Shown piece by piece: positions 28,031-37,713 of a DNA stretch of 64,000 nt (position 1 is its first letter; every line of letters begins with the position of its first letter). Below the pieces are notes generated by a model. The model was given only the letters and a program-made list of their open reading frames with translations, made no database searches and was not told where the DNA came from. The DNA is taken from contig JACPGV010000011.1 of the NCBI GenBank assembly GCA_016182385.1, forward strand, positions 22,888 through 86,887, read 5' to 3'. This DNA comes from Candidatus Moraniibacteriota bacterium. GTDB lineage: Bacteria; Patescibacteriota; Minisyncoccia; Moranbacterales; UBA1568. The position numbers and the translations under genes were made by a program.

Positions 28031-29083
28031 TCATTTTGATTGCAAAGCCTCTATGCCGGGCAATTGTTTACCGCTTAAATATTCAAGCATCGCTCCACCG
28101 CCAGAAGAAACAAAACTTACTTTCGCCATAACACCGGCCTCTTCCAATACGGCGAGCGACTCACCGCCCCCAATCACCACAAAAGCACCACTCTCCAAAA
28201 TGGCATGCAAAATGGCGTCCGTCCCGATATCATACGGCTTTTCTTCGAACTTTCCCATCGGTCCGTTCCACACGATAGTTTTCGCCTGCTTGATAATCTG
28301 TGTGTAATAGGCGATGGTAGTTGGTCCGATATCCAACCGTTGCGGCGAATTAAAATCCTGCGGCAGAAGCACTTTGGAAGAAAATGCTATTTTTTGATCC
28401 AGTGCCTCATTGGCAATTTTTCCACCAACTAAAATACAATCATAATTTTCCTCCAACGATCGAATAAGTGGCAACTTTGTTTCTATTTTCGCCCCTCCAA
28501 TGATCGCGACCGCCGGACGTTCCGGTCGAAAACGAGCATTATCAAGCTCTCGCATTTCTTTTTGTAAACAAAAACCACCGGCGGCAGGCAAAAGTTTCGG
28601 CACACCAACTATGGAAGCGTGCGCCCGATGACTGACGCTAAACGCCTCATTCACATACACCGTAAAAGGTTCGGCCAATTGTTTGGCAAAAAGAAGATCG
28701 TTTTCTTCCTCTCCCGAATAAAAACGAACGTTCTCCAAAAGAAGTATCTCGTTTCCAGAAAGACGCTCCAAGGATTCCCCGACGGACGATCCGACGCAAT
28801 CGGACACAAACACCACTTTTCTTTCCAAAGCATTTTCTATTGATCGCATCAGGCGCTCCGTGGAAAATTGAAGATCTTTTTTCCCCTCCGGTCTTCCAAA
28901 ATGAGTAAGCAGAGCGATCTTTACACCAGAAAAACCGGCAATATATTCGATCGTCTCTTTAACGATCGAAAAACGAAAATGCTCCTGTACCGCATCAATG
29001 TTATTAAGCTCAACATTAAAGTCGACTCGCACCAGTACCCGTTGATTCTCAAAAGATATTTCTTCCACACCCTTGATAATCAT
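28031..29083 (-). CDS. pgk: Phosphoglycerate kinase
   Basis: RVDFNV, THFGRP, LLENVRF, GGAK, WNGPMGKFE, GGGAMLEYL; ATG at 29083. Confidence 0.94.
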   Translation of the reverse strand: MIIKGVEEISFENQRVLVRVDFNVELNNIDAVQEHFRFSIVKETIEYIAGFSGVKIALLTHFGRPEGKKDLQFSTERLMRSIENALERKVVFVSDCVGSSVGESLERLSGNEILLLENVRFYSGEEENDLLFAKQLAEPFTVYVNEAFSVSHRAHASIVGVPKLLPAAGGFCLQKEMRELDNARFRPERPAVAIIGGAKIETKLPLIRSLEENYDCILVGGKIANEALDQKIAFSSKVLLPQDFNSPQRLDIGPTTIAYYTQIIKQAKTIVWNGPMGKFEEKPYDIGTDAILHAILESGAFVVIGGGESLAVLEEAGVMAKVSFVSSGGGAMLEYLSGKQLPGIEALQSK

Positions 29084-29100
29084 AGTCGTAAAATAAATAT

Positions 29101-30210
29101 TTATTTTCCCATTCCCAAAATACCGATCATGACGCCGATAAGAGCGGTAAGAGACGTAAAAATCCATGCGCGCATGACAATTTTTGGTTCGGGCCATCCC
29201 TTTGCCTCAAAATGATGATGCAGCGGCGCCGCCAAGAAAATTTTTCTTCCAAAAAAACGCTTGCTCAAGAGTTGCAAAGCGGCACTTCCTGATTCCAAAA
29301 TATACACAAAAACAATAAGAAATAATACGAGCGCGGAGTTGGTCAGCATCGCCACGACACCAAGCGTGGTTCCAAGCGATATAGCTCCCGTATCACCCAT
29401 AAAAAATCGGGCCGGATAGATGTTAAACCACAAAAATGCCAACAGCGCTCCCGAGACCGCGGCACAAAACGATGCCAAGTCCATTCTATTCTGCACGAAA
29501 GCAATGAGCGCGAAAGAGCTGAAAGCGATAAGCAATACGCCACCGTTTAATCCATCGAGACCATCCGTCTCATTGGAAGAAATTGCGGCAAATAAAATGA
29601 CAAAAATAAAAAGCGGGATATACCACCAACCGATAGAAAAATCACCCACCGCCGGAATATGCATCTGATCCCAACCAAGCTTTTCATAGAACCACCATGC
29701 GCCGGCGCCGGCAATAACGAACAACCACCAAAAACGGAAAGCAAAACGCATCCCACCGCCCTTGTTGCTTCCACAACCGCGAACACTCATATAGTCATCG
29801 AGCATACCCAAGATACCGGCCATGACCAAAACAAAAAGTGGCAACCATACCTGCGAACGCTTGAAAAAATCCAAACGAGCGATAAAATTCGTATTGGTCC
29901 ATTCAGCGATAAACGGAAACACATAGTGGGAAAGCAGGACCAGTATGAGAACCGATGCCCAGACGATGACTCCACCCATCGTGGGCGTCCCGGCTTTACA
30001 CGCGTGCAATTTATTCACAAAAGTCAATTGTTGTCCGTTCACATCGTTCTTTTTTATCTTTATACCGAATCGATATTTATAGAGAATATGCGTCCAAAGC
30101 GGTGTCAAAAGAAACGCGAGCAAAAAAGAACACAATCCGGTAGCCAATACCTTGAGAATATTCATAATAAACGGTATGTGCTGAATCTGAGCGATCTGAA
30201 TATTTTCCAT
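29101..30210 (-). CDS. mraY: Phospho-N-acetylmuramoyl-pentapeptide transferase
   Basis: KAGTPTMGG, DD pair, NETDGLDGL, FMGDTG, APLHHHFE. Confidence 0.95.
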   Translation of the reverse strand: MENIQIAQIQHIPFIMNILKVLATGLCSFLLAFLLTPLWTHILYKYRFGIKIKKNDVNGQQLTFVNKLHACKAGTPTMGGVIVWASVLILVLLSHYVFPFIAEWTNTNFIARLDFFKRSQVWLPLFVLVMAGILGMLDDYMSVRGCGSNKGGGMRFAFRFWWLFVIAGAGAWWFYEKLGWDQMHIPAVGDFSIGWWYIPLFIFVILFAAISSNETDGLDGLNGGVLLIAFSSFALIAFVQNRMDLASFCAAVSGALLAFLWFNIYPARFFMGDTGAISLGTTLGVVAMLTNSALVLFLIVFVYILESGSAALQLLSKRFFGRKIFLAAPLHHHFEAKGWPEPKIVMRAWIFTSLTALIGVMIGILGMGK

Positions 30211-30230
30211 AAAAAAACAATTTCAATAAA

Positions 30231-31259
30231 TTATTTCCACTCTACCGCTTGAAAACTCCAATCAAACATAGAACGAATACTTTGCCAACGATACGGATCA
30301 TTGAGAAGCACGGCAATAACTTTGTGACTCTCATGACTATCAGAAGAAGCTACCGCCAACAAAGAGTATCCGGCGAGCGGTGTAAATCCCGTCTTGGTAC
30401 CAAGAAGATTCGGCCACTGTCCAAGCAGTTCATTGGTATTGAATATCTCGTGTTCATAAACATTATCCGCGGAAGAAATAAACATTTTTTCCATACGCAT
30501 AATATCCCACAAGACCGGATACTGAAGCGCGTGTGCCGTAAGAGTGGCAACATCACGCGCCGAAGAATAACACTCATGCTCCCGACCGTCTGGTTCCAAT
30601 CCGGAAGGCGTACAGAAATGCGTATTCTGTAGTCCCAGCTCTTTGGTTCGTTCGTTCATAATCTTCACGAAACCCTCTTCAGTCTTTCCTATATGCTTTC
30701 CTAGAGCCAGCGCCGCGTCATTGGCGCTATTCATAAGAGCCGCTTTCAAAAGATTTTTCACGCTTATTTTTTCTCCTATTTTCAAGCGTTCACTGTTACA
30801 AAAACCAGAGCGCGGGCAACCAATACGCGTACCTTCCGTGTAGATTGTCTCTTCATCAATCGTTACCAACTCATCAAGATTGTCCACTCTTTCCACGACG
30901 ATGGTCGCGGTAAATAATTTGGTAAGAGAGGCAATCTGTCTTTGTGTGTCAGCGTTCCGTTCATAGAGCACCTTCCCGGAGTCGGCATCAAGAATAATCG
31001 CGGCATGCGCTGTCGGGATACTTAGATGCGGTGCGTACGGTTTGAGCTCCGGCTGAAATCCCGTTGAAAATGTATGCTCATTGCTTACGTAGGGAACAAT
31101 TCTTGTTTGTGATTCAGTATCATCTTCAGAAAAACGCTTTATCTTATTATCAAAAAAACCAAAAACATCCTCGCCATGCGCCAAAAAAATATCGCTATTC
31201 CAAGAAAGAGCTCCTGCCACTACCCCAAGCAATATGATCCACAAAAAAAACTTTCGCAT
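30231..31259 (-). CDS. D-alanyl-D-alanine carboxypeptidase (peptidase S11)
   Basis: ASLTK (SxxK), SAN, KTG motifs; N-terminal signal/TM. Confidence 0.92.
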   Translation of the reverse strand: MRKFFLWIILLGVVAGALSWNSDIFLAHGEDVFGFFDNKIKRFSEDDTESQTRIVPYVSNEHTFSTGFQPELKPYAPHLSIPTAHAAIILDADSGKVLYERNADTQRQIASLTKLFTATIVVERVDNLDELVTIDEETIYTEGTRIGCPRSGFCNSERLKIGEKISVKNLLKAALMNSANDAALALGKHIGKTEEGFVKIMNERTKELGLQNTHFCTPSGLEPDGREHECYSSARDVATLTAHALQYPVLWDIMRMEKMFISSADNVYEHEIFNTNELLGQWPNLLGTKTGFTPLAGYSLLAVASSDSHESHKVIAVLLNDPYRWQSIRSMFDWSFQAVEWK

Positions 31260-31262
31260 ACG

Positions 31263-31877
31263 TTATGATTGTTCTTTGACCGTCAAAGATTCTTGATTTC
31301 CCTCTTCTTTTTCGATATCTTCCTCATTTTTCAATATCATTTTCAATCGTTCATCGGAGGAAAGTGTTTCATATTCCGGTAATTCTTCCACCTTACCGAT
31401 ACCGAGAGATTGTAAAAAACGAAACGTCGGAGCATAGACATATCCGCGAGCATCAGCGGGATTACCACTTCGTTCGATAAGATCACGGAGCAAAAGATTC
31501 CGCAACGTAAAACTGCAATTTACTCCGCGTACCGCTTCAATTTCAGCACGAGTGATAGGTGCTCGATAGACGATAATGCTCAGCACCTCAAGCGCCGCTT
31601 TAGAAAGAGCATCAGTGAGCGTCGCTTTGGTGAGCGCCTCGACAAAGGCGGCATTTTCCGGCTTGGTACCCAGAGCAACTGCTTTTTCCTTCCGCACTAT
31701 CATGAGCCCACTCTCCTGATCGGCAATATATTTTTGGGAGAGTATCTCAATATTTTCAAGAATCGTTTTTTCATCAACGTGCATCGTTTTCATAAGATGC
31801 GCCACAGAAAGCGGCTCGCCACTTATGAAAAGAAGCGATTCCAAAATTGAAGCAATAGTATTCTGAGAAGAAGTCAT
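31263..31877 (-). CDS. scpB: SMC-Scp complex subunit ScpB
   Basis: LESLLFISGEPL, LSKAALEVL, PITRAEIEAVRGVN. Confidence 0.93.
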   Translation of the reverse strand: MTSSQNTIASILESLLFISGEPLSVAHLMKTMHVDEKTILENIEILSQKYIADQESGLMIVRKEKAVALGTKPENAAFVEALTKATLTDALSKAALEVLSIIVYRAPITRAEIEAVRGVNCSFTLRNLLLRDLIERSGNPADARGYVYAPTFRFLQSLGIGKVEELPEYETLSSDERLKMILKNEEDIEKEEGNQESLTVKEQS

Positions 31878-31882
31878 AGGTT

Positions 31883-32593
31883 TTATACAACAGGAAGACG
31901 TTTGATACGAATATCACTGAAAAATTTCTCTTGTTCCACAAAAATAACTCGTTGTTTTACCATCTCCAGCACCGCCAAAAACGATACGATGATTTCCACT
32001 CGATCAGCTGCCTGATGGGTCAATTCACTAAAAGAAGATTCTGCTCGCTCGAGCAGAGAATTCTTCAAATGCAATATCTTTTCTTCCAAAGTAATGATCG
32101 TACGCATTTCTTCTTCGGGCAACGCTTCAAACACCGGTATTTCCCCAAGTACATCAACAAAGTGTTTCCGTATATCGGCTACCGTCAAGTGACTCGGTGG
32201 ATAAAATACTGAACGCAAACCAAGAAAGCTCTCCCGAATATGGCTTCGACGTCCCTGAAAAAGCAACGTTCCAATCATCGATGCCGCTTCACGAAATCGT
32301 TTGTATACCTTCAGGCGATTTTCCAAATCATCCATTGACTCTTCTTCATCATTGCTAAACTGTAGTACCGGAAGAAGCGCGCGAGATTTTATCAGAAGCA
32401 GCCGCGCCGCGACAGAAAGAAAAGAGGACAAATTGGCAAGCGAAATAACCTCTTCCTGTTCAATATAACGCAGATACTGATCAGTTACCTTGGCAAGGCT
32501 CACTTGAGTGATATCGAGCTTTTCTTTTTCAATAAGCGAAAGCAAAAGATCAAGCGGACCCTCAAATTGTTCCAAGGTAATACGATAGGCCAT
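31883..32593 (-). CDS. scpA: Segregation and condensation protein ScpA
   Basis: FEGPLDLLLSLI, IKSRALLP, VSFLAVLEM. Confidence 0.93.
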   Translation of the reverse strand: MAYRITLEQFEGPLDLLLSLIEKEKLDITQVSLAKVTDQYLRYIEQEEVISLANLSSFLSVAARLLLIKSRALLPVLQFSNDEEESMDDLENRLKVYKRFREAASMIGTLLFQGRRSHIRESFLGLRSVFYPPSHLTVADIRKHFVDVLGEIPVFEALPEEEMRTIITLEEKILHLKNSLLERAESSFSELTHQAADRVEIIVSFLAVLEMVKQRVIFVEQEKFFSDIRIKRLPVV

Positions 32594-32697
32594 AAAAACA
32601 AACAAAGAAAACGTATTTTACGCGCACAACGAAAAGAGAAATGAACCATCATTTCTCCTATACAATAACACTTTTTTTACCTTTTTCCAAGAAAAAG

Positions 32698-33894
32698 TCA
32701 GGCTTTTTTGCCGCATTCTTCTTCCCCCTGAGTATCCTCGAGCAAAATAGCGGAAACGAGAGCAAAGATAAACACCAGAACAATAACAAAGAAAAGGCTC
32801 TTGATGGGGAAAAAGATTAGTATGAAAGCCGCAATCGCCGCGCCGACCACATTCGCCAAGGGACGCGCGGTACGAAAAAAAGAAATAATATCAGCATCGT
32901 CACCATCTATTTGTTTGTAAAAATACGCGTCACGCAAAACATCAATCATAGCCGCGCCGACACGCGTCAGAAAAAGCACACCACCCCACACGAGTAATCC
33001 ATACGACGAATCAAGAAATGGAAGAAGAGCTGTCGAAAACATGATGATCATAATACCGACCATAAGCATCTCCTTTTCCCCTAACCGTTTGTCAGCAAGA
33101 GCGCCGACCGGATACTGCAACAAAACAAACGGGAGGAGCATAATGGTAAAAATAATACCGATATCCTTCCAAGAAAAACCGAGATGAAGCAGATGGAGTG
33201 GCATATAAATGATCATGATGGAATAAAAAAACTCAATCGCCAACGCCACGCAGTAAATATGAAACAAATTCTTCTCACGTAACATTTTCCGAAGAGCTTG
33301 CCATGGCCTGAGTCCTTCATGTACGGAGGCGTTATCATGACGAAAAATAAGAAGTGACGCCAAAAAAACAATAATATAACCCAGTGTCATAACAAAAAAA
33401 ACACCTTCGTATTCGAAACGATCGAGCACTCTCGTCGCCAAAAACGGCGCAATCAAAAAACCGGTGTTCACTACCGTCAAATGAAGTCCTCGAACCCGTC
33501 CCGCCATTCCATCGGAAGAAAATCCCTCGAGTAAAATATCAAGCGCCACCCACGTCACGCTATTAACAACCAAAAAGAGGATAGCCACAACAAGAGAAAA
33601 TATTGTTGGCGGCATATTCGTAAGCAGAGCCGAGAGAAGCACCGCGAGACCAAGAGAAAAATAAAACATGCGCGCCTTACCAATTTTTCGGATAAGCGGT
33701 TGCAAATAAAAAAGAGAAAGCAAAACGCCAACAAAAGCCGTAATATAAAAAATACCGACATTGTCTGTCCCGGAAATCTTGGCAAGATAAGAAGAGAGAA
33801 TATAGACACAAAAAGCATCAAAAAATCCCAGTAAAAAAGAAACAGCGCTCACAATAAGCACTTTGTTGCGATTGAAATTATCTTTGTGTATCAT
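32698..33894 (-). CDS. MFS transporter
   Basis: About 12 TM; GALADKRLGEK MFS loop motif. Confidence 0.85.
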   Translation of the reverse strand: MIHKDNFNRNKVLIVSAVSFLLGFFDAFCVYILSSYLAKISGTDNVGIFYITAFVGVLLSLFYLQPLIRKIGKARMFYFSLGLAVLLSALLTNMPPTIFSLVVAILFLVVNSVTWVALDILLEGFSSDGMAGRVRGLHLTVVNTGFLIAPFLATRVLDRFEYEGVFFVMTLGYIIVFLASLLIFRHDNASVHEGLRPWQALRKMLREKNLFHIYCVALAIEFFYSIMIIYMPLHLLHLGFSWKDIGIIFTIMLLPFVLLQYPVGALADKRLGEKEMLMVGIMIIMFSTALLPFLDSSYGLLVWGGVLFLTRVGAAMIDVLRDAYFYKQIDGDDADIISFFRTARPLANVVGAAIAAFILIFFPIKSLFFVIVLVFIFALVSAILLEDTQGEEECGKKA

Positions 33895-33995
33895 ATTTTT
33901 TGTTTGTTTTTCTAGTATAACATGAAATGTTTTTTATGTCCGAACAAAACATCTGAAAAAAAGAGGTGTCCGCTTTGCCAAATCATCTGCTACCG

Positions 33996-34406
33996 TTATT
34001 TCATACACCCGGCGACATACCCTCGTTTTTTCGCTTCATCCTCCGAGGCAAAACATATCTTATTTTCAGGCTTAATTCTTTTGACAACCGCGCAGGTGAC
34101 CACATGATACTTATTCGAATTACGACTTCCGACCAGAGGACATGATCCGGAAGAAGGCACCGTGTTATTTATTATCGCACCCTCATTACTTTTTTCATCT
34201 TTTTTGCCAGTTTCTTCCTCATGCGTCAAAGGCTTCACCTCAGGAATACTAATAACAATCGGCGCAGGCGACAAACGAACGCCATAGAGAAATCCAGCTT
34301 CAAAAGCAAGCGCACTCGATAAAATAAGTCCAAAAAACACAAGAAGGCGATTCTCGTTGTTTCGCACCCATGAGAAAAATCTTTGCAAAAAAGAGAAAAA
34401 CGGCAT
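33996..34406 (-). CDS. Membrane-anchored protein with a C-terminal Ada-type metal-binding domain
   Basis: TM, then VGSRNSNKYH...C...IKPENKICF..EDEAKKRGY..C. Confidence 0.75.
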   Translation of the reverse strand: MPFFSFLQRFFSWVRNNENRLLVFFGLILSSALAFEAGFLYGVRLSPAPIVISIPEVKPLTHEEETGKKDEKSNEGAIINNTVPSSGSCPLVGSRNSNKYHVVTCAVVKRIKPENKICFASEDEAKKRGYVAGCMK

Positions 34407-34489
34407 ACGGGAAGATTGACAAAACGATAGAGCGTGCTATACTCATCCAGTATACAGAAAACATCGGTAATACGTAAATTTTTCGGTTT

Positions 34490-34774
34490 ATGGCAACTAG
34501 AAAAGCAGGTGGATCAACCGCCTTAGGTCGCGATTCCATTTCCAAACGTCTCGGTGTAAAAGCCTTCGGTGGCCAATCGGTGGCTATTGGAAATATCATC
34601 GTCCGTCAACGCGGTACGAAATTTCATCCCGGAAAAAATGTCAAACGTGGAGAAGACGACACTTTGTTCGCTCTTATCGCCGGCACGGTTTCCTTCCAAA
34701 CAAAAAAAGTGAAAAGTTTCACCGGAAAACTGACCGAGCGCATTTTTGTGAATGTTATTGCGGAAAAGAAGTAG
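34490..34774 (+). CDS. rpmA: 50S ribosomal protein L27
   Basis: [37 protein letters not shown]. Confidence 0.97.
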   Translation: MATRKAGGSTALGRDSISKRLGVKAFGGQSVAIGNIIVRQRGTKFHPGKNVKRGEDDTLFALIAGTVSFQTKKVKSFTGKLTERIFVNVIAEKK

Positions 34775-34787
34775 CTCCTTTTCGCTC

Positions 34788-34822
34788 AAAAAAACACCCT
34801 CGTATGCACGAAGGTGTTTTTT
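34788..34822. terminator. Bidirectional terminator between rpmA and pyrG
   Basis: AAAAAAACACC...GGTGTTTTTT hairpin. Confidence 0.7.
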
Positions 34823-34832
34823 ATTTTTCTCC

Positions 34833-36488
34833 TTACTTTCTCCCTTGGCAAGAACGGAGAAACGCAACAAAAAGCGGATGGGGGTGAAGTAAAGATGATT
34901 GGAATTCCGGATGAAACTGCGTAGCGAGGAAAAAGGGATGTTTTTTCTTCGGTAATTCAGCGATTTCCATCAAAATACCATCGGGCGAAGTGGCAGAAAA
35001 CAAAAGCCCCGCTTTTCTAAAATGCTCCACATACTCAGGATTGACCTCGTAACGATGACGATGGCGTTCGGAAATATTTTCTTGTCCGTAGGCCTGCGAG
35101 GCAATCGTCTTCAAAGTAATTCGTGCCGGGTAACAACCCAAACGCATCGTCGCGCCATACTTTTTCTTCAACACATTTTGTTTTTGCTCAGGCATAATAT
35201 CAACAACCGGATGCTTTGTTGTTTTGTCAACTTCGGTAGTGTGCGCGTCTTTCAATAAAAGAACGTGGCGCGCGTATTCAATAACCATAAGTTGCATACC
35301 GTAACAAAGACCAAAATACGGAATCCTGTTTTCACGACAATAACGGATCACGGCAATTTTCCCTTCAATACCACGACTGCCAAATCCACCAGGAATAAGG
35401 ATGCCATCATATTGTTTCAATGAGGAAAGCTTCTTCTGATCTTCTTCAAAATCGGTACTATCGATCCAATCAATTTCCGGTTTCCGACCAATTTCACACG
35501 CGGCGTGTTTGAGAGCCTCAAGTACGCTAATATACGCGTCCGAAAGAACATAGTCTCCTGTTTTGAAATATTTTCCCACCACTCCAATACGAACACTCTT
35601 TGAAGATTGATGGATGCGCTTCACGCGTTTGTGCCATTCCTCCAACTCACCTACTTTTCGACGCGAATGAAGGCCGAGTTTTTTGAGAATAATATCACTC
35701 AACGCATCTTTTTCAAAGTTAAGCGGTACATCATAAATACTTTCCACGTCTGGCGCGTTGATGACGTCTTCTTGGCGAACACTGCAAAAAACAGCAATCT
35801 TTTCCTTGCGCTTCTCATCAAGAGGCCGATCGGCCCGCGCAACGATAATATCCGGCTGAACACCGGTTCCATTGAGTGTTCGAACGGCATGTTGAGTCGG
35901 CTTGGTTTTCATCTCTCCTACCTTAGATGGCGTCGGGATATAACTTACCATGACCGTGATAACATCTTTCGAATGGGCGATTTTTAACATACGTACCGCC
36001 TCCAAAAAGAGAATATTTTCATACTCCCCGACCGTTCCACCAATTTCTATGATCGCTACGTCGGCAGATACCTTTTTGACGGCTTTTTTGATACGACTGA
36101 TCACTTCAAGCGGAATATGCGGTACCACTTGGACACATCTTCCCTGATATTCAAGATTGCGTTCTTTTTCAATGACGGACTTATACACGAGACCGGTCGT
36201 CATGTAATTGTCACGGTCAAGCTCAATATTGAGAAACCGTTCATAATTTCCCATATCCTGGTCCGTTTCGTGTCCATCTTTCAAAACAAACACTTCGCCG
36301 TGCTCCGTCGGATTCATCGTTCCGGCATCAACATTGATATAGGGATCGATTTTGAAGGCCGTGACGGAAAGACCGCGTGCCTGCAAAATCTTGCCAATCG
36401 ATGATGTCGTGATACCCTTACCGACACCACTCATCACGCCACCAACTACAAAAATATATTTCGGATTTCTTTTTTTTGTTTTCGCCAT
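34833..36488 (-). CDS. pyrG: CTP synthase
   Basis: GGVMSGVGKG, DPYINVDAGTMNP, KTKPTQH, PGGFG, GLCYGMQ, ERHRHRYE, QFHPEF. Confidence 0.97.
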   Translation of the reverse strand: MAKTKKRNPKYIFVVGGVMSGVGKGITTSSIGKILQARGLSVTAFKIDPYINVDAGTMNPTEHGEVFVLKDGHETDQDMGNYERFLNIELDRDNYMTTGLVYKSVIEKERNLEYQGRCVQVVPHIPLEVISRIKKAVKKVSADVAIIEIGGTVGEYENILFLEAVRMLKIAHSKDVITVMVSYIPTPSKVGEMKTKPTQHAVRTLNGTGVQPDIIVARADRPLDEKRKEKIAVFCSVRQEDVINAPDVESIYDVPLNFEKDALSDIILKKLGLHSRRKVGELEEWHKRVKRIHQSSKSVRIGVVGKYFKTGDYVLSDAYISVLEALKHAACEIGRKPEIDWIDSTDFEEDQKKLSSLKQYDGILIPGGFGSRGIEGKIAVIRYCRENRIPYFGLCYGMQLMVIEYARHVLLLKDAHTTEVDKTTKHPVVDIMPEQKQNVLKKKYGATMRLGCYPARITLKTIASQAYGQENISERHRHRYEVNPEYVEHFRKAGLLFSATSPDGILMEIAELPKKKHPFFLATQFHPEFQSSLLHPHPLFVAFLRSCQGRK

Positions 36489-36504
36489 AAAAATCTCTTA
36501 GAGA

Positions 36505-36544
36505 AAGAGCCGCTGTTCCGAATCGAGGGAAAAAAGCGGCTCTT
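36505..36544 (-). terminator. Hairpin between rplI and pyrG (terminator or attenuator)
   Basis: AAGAGCCGCT...AGCGGCTCTT, 16 nt before the pyrG ATG. Confidence 0.55.
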
Positions 36545-36569
36545 GTAAAATTACTCTGAAACACTGATA

Positions 36570-37010
36570 CTAAGCGGTTTCCAAAGAAACCTCAAACCGC
36601 GCCGTTATATCATGTCCGAAATTTGCCTGTACGGGAAACACGCCTATTTTCTTGAGTGGGTGTTCCAAGACAATGTTTTTAGCCTCAATATCCACATTCA
36701 TCGACTGAAGAGCGGTGGCAATTTCTTCCGCGCCAATCGAACCAAACAACTTTCCATTTTCTGATTTCACAGAAAGAGAAACCGTACGCCCATCAACAGC
36801 CGTCGCACGCATTCGTAAATCGGCGACAAGCGACTCCGCTTCTTTGACGCGCTTGGCAATACGCTTTTGCGCTTCCTTGATAACCACAGGCGTCGCCAAA
36901 TCCGCCAAACCTTTTGGCAAGAGAAAATTCAGTCCGTATCCGTTTGGTACTTCCTTGATATCCCCCGCTTTACCGAGACCTTTCACTTCTTCCAAAAGAA
37001 TCACTTTCAT
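36570..37010 (-). CDS. rplI: 50S ribosomal protein L9
   Basis: MKVILLEEVKGLGKAGDIKEV..GYGLNFLLPKG, GKLFGSI. Confidence 0.96.
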   Translation of the reverse strand: MKVILLEEVKGLGKAGDIKEVPNGYGLNFLLPKGLADLATPVVIKEAQKRIAKRVKEAESLVADLRMRATAVDGRTVSLSVKSENGKLFGSIGAEEIATALQSMNVDIEAKNIVLEHPLKKIGVFPVQANFGHDITARFEVSLETA

Positions 37011-37210
37011 AACTCAAACATAGTAGATTACCTGTACCATCTTAACGTAGGAAAATAATTTGCGCAACCCCGATATTTTCCAATACGCTTGTCAAAAAAC
37101 AAGAAAAGTGCTTACTTGAAAATAGACTTTTTGGTCGAGAAACGACGCAGGAACGTCAGTACCGCCAAAAGTTTTTGTTCTTTTACCACAAAATGATCAA
37201 AGGGTAGAAA

Positions 37211-37669
37211 ATGCCACCAATTCGAAAAATAACACCGTACACTGCTCACGCGACAGGGAAAGAAGTTCATGAACTCATCAAAAGCCTTGCTCCACATGGT
37301 GTCCAAAACGTTGAACAGGCAAAAGATGTCCTTCGTGAAGCCTTCAGTCGCGGATATCCTCTCGAATTCGCTTTGGGCATCGGCGATCAAGTCCTCCGTT
37401 ATTGCGTTCTGGCGTTTGCAAGGAGACATCACATCAGAACCAATGTGTTCCATGACGTGAATCCCCGCGTCATTTTACTGCTCTTTCTGCAGACGGCGCT
37501 CGCTGGCAAATACAAGCAACAGCTGGATGAATTACGAAGCCTGCGAAATTTTTTCACCGAAGAAAACATCGAGCAACTCGCTCGAGAGACAGGAAGATTC
37601 TCCGAAATACAACGAGCTCATTCTCTCCGTCGTCGTCAATCGACGGAAAGGAGTCTTGCCAGAGCATAA
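37211..37669 (+). CDS. Orphan hypothetical protein (152 aa)
   Basis: Fills the rplI-queA gap and is followed immediately by a terminator. Confidence 0.6.
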   Translation: MPPIRKITPYTAHATGKEVHELIKSLAPHGVQNVEQAKDVLREAFSRGYPLEFALGIGDQVLRYCVLAFARRHHIRTNVFHDVNPRVILLLFLQTALAGKYKQQLDELRSLRNFFTEENIEQLARETGRFSEIQRAHSLRRRQSTERSLARA

Positions 37670-37676
37670 TATGCAC

Positions 37677-37713
37677 AGACCTCGGTCGCAGAACGATCGA
37701 GGTCTCTTTTTTT
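37677..37713 (+). terminator. Intrinsic terminator
   Basis: AGACCTCGGTCG-cagaa-CGATCGAGGTCT followed by a T-tract. Confidence 0.75.

Noticed and set aside
37112-37453. 113-aa minus-strand ORF as an alternative to 37211-37669
   Set aside because: The plus-strand ORF is longer, has an SD-like leader and ends directly at a correctly oriented terminator.
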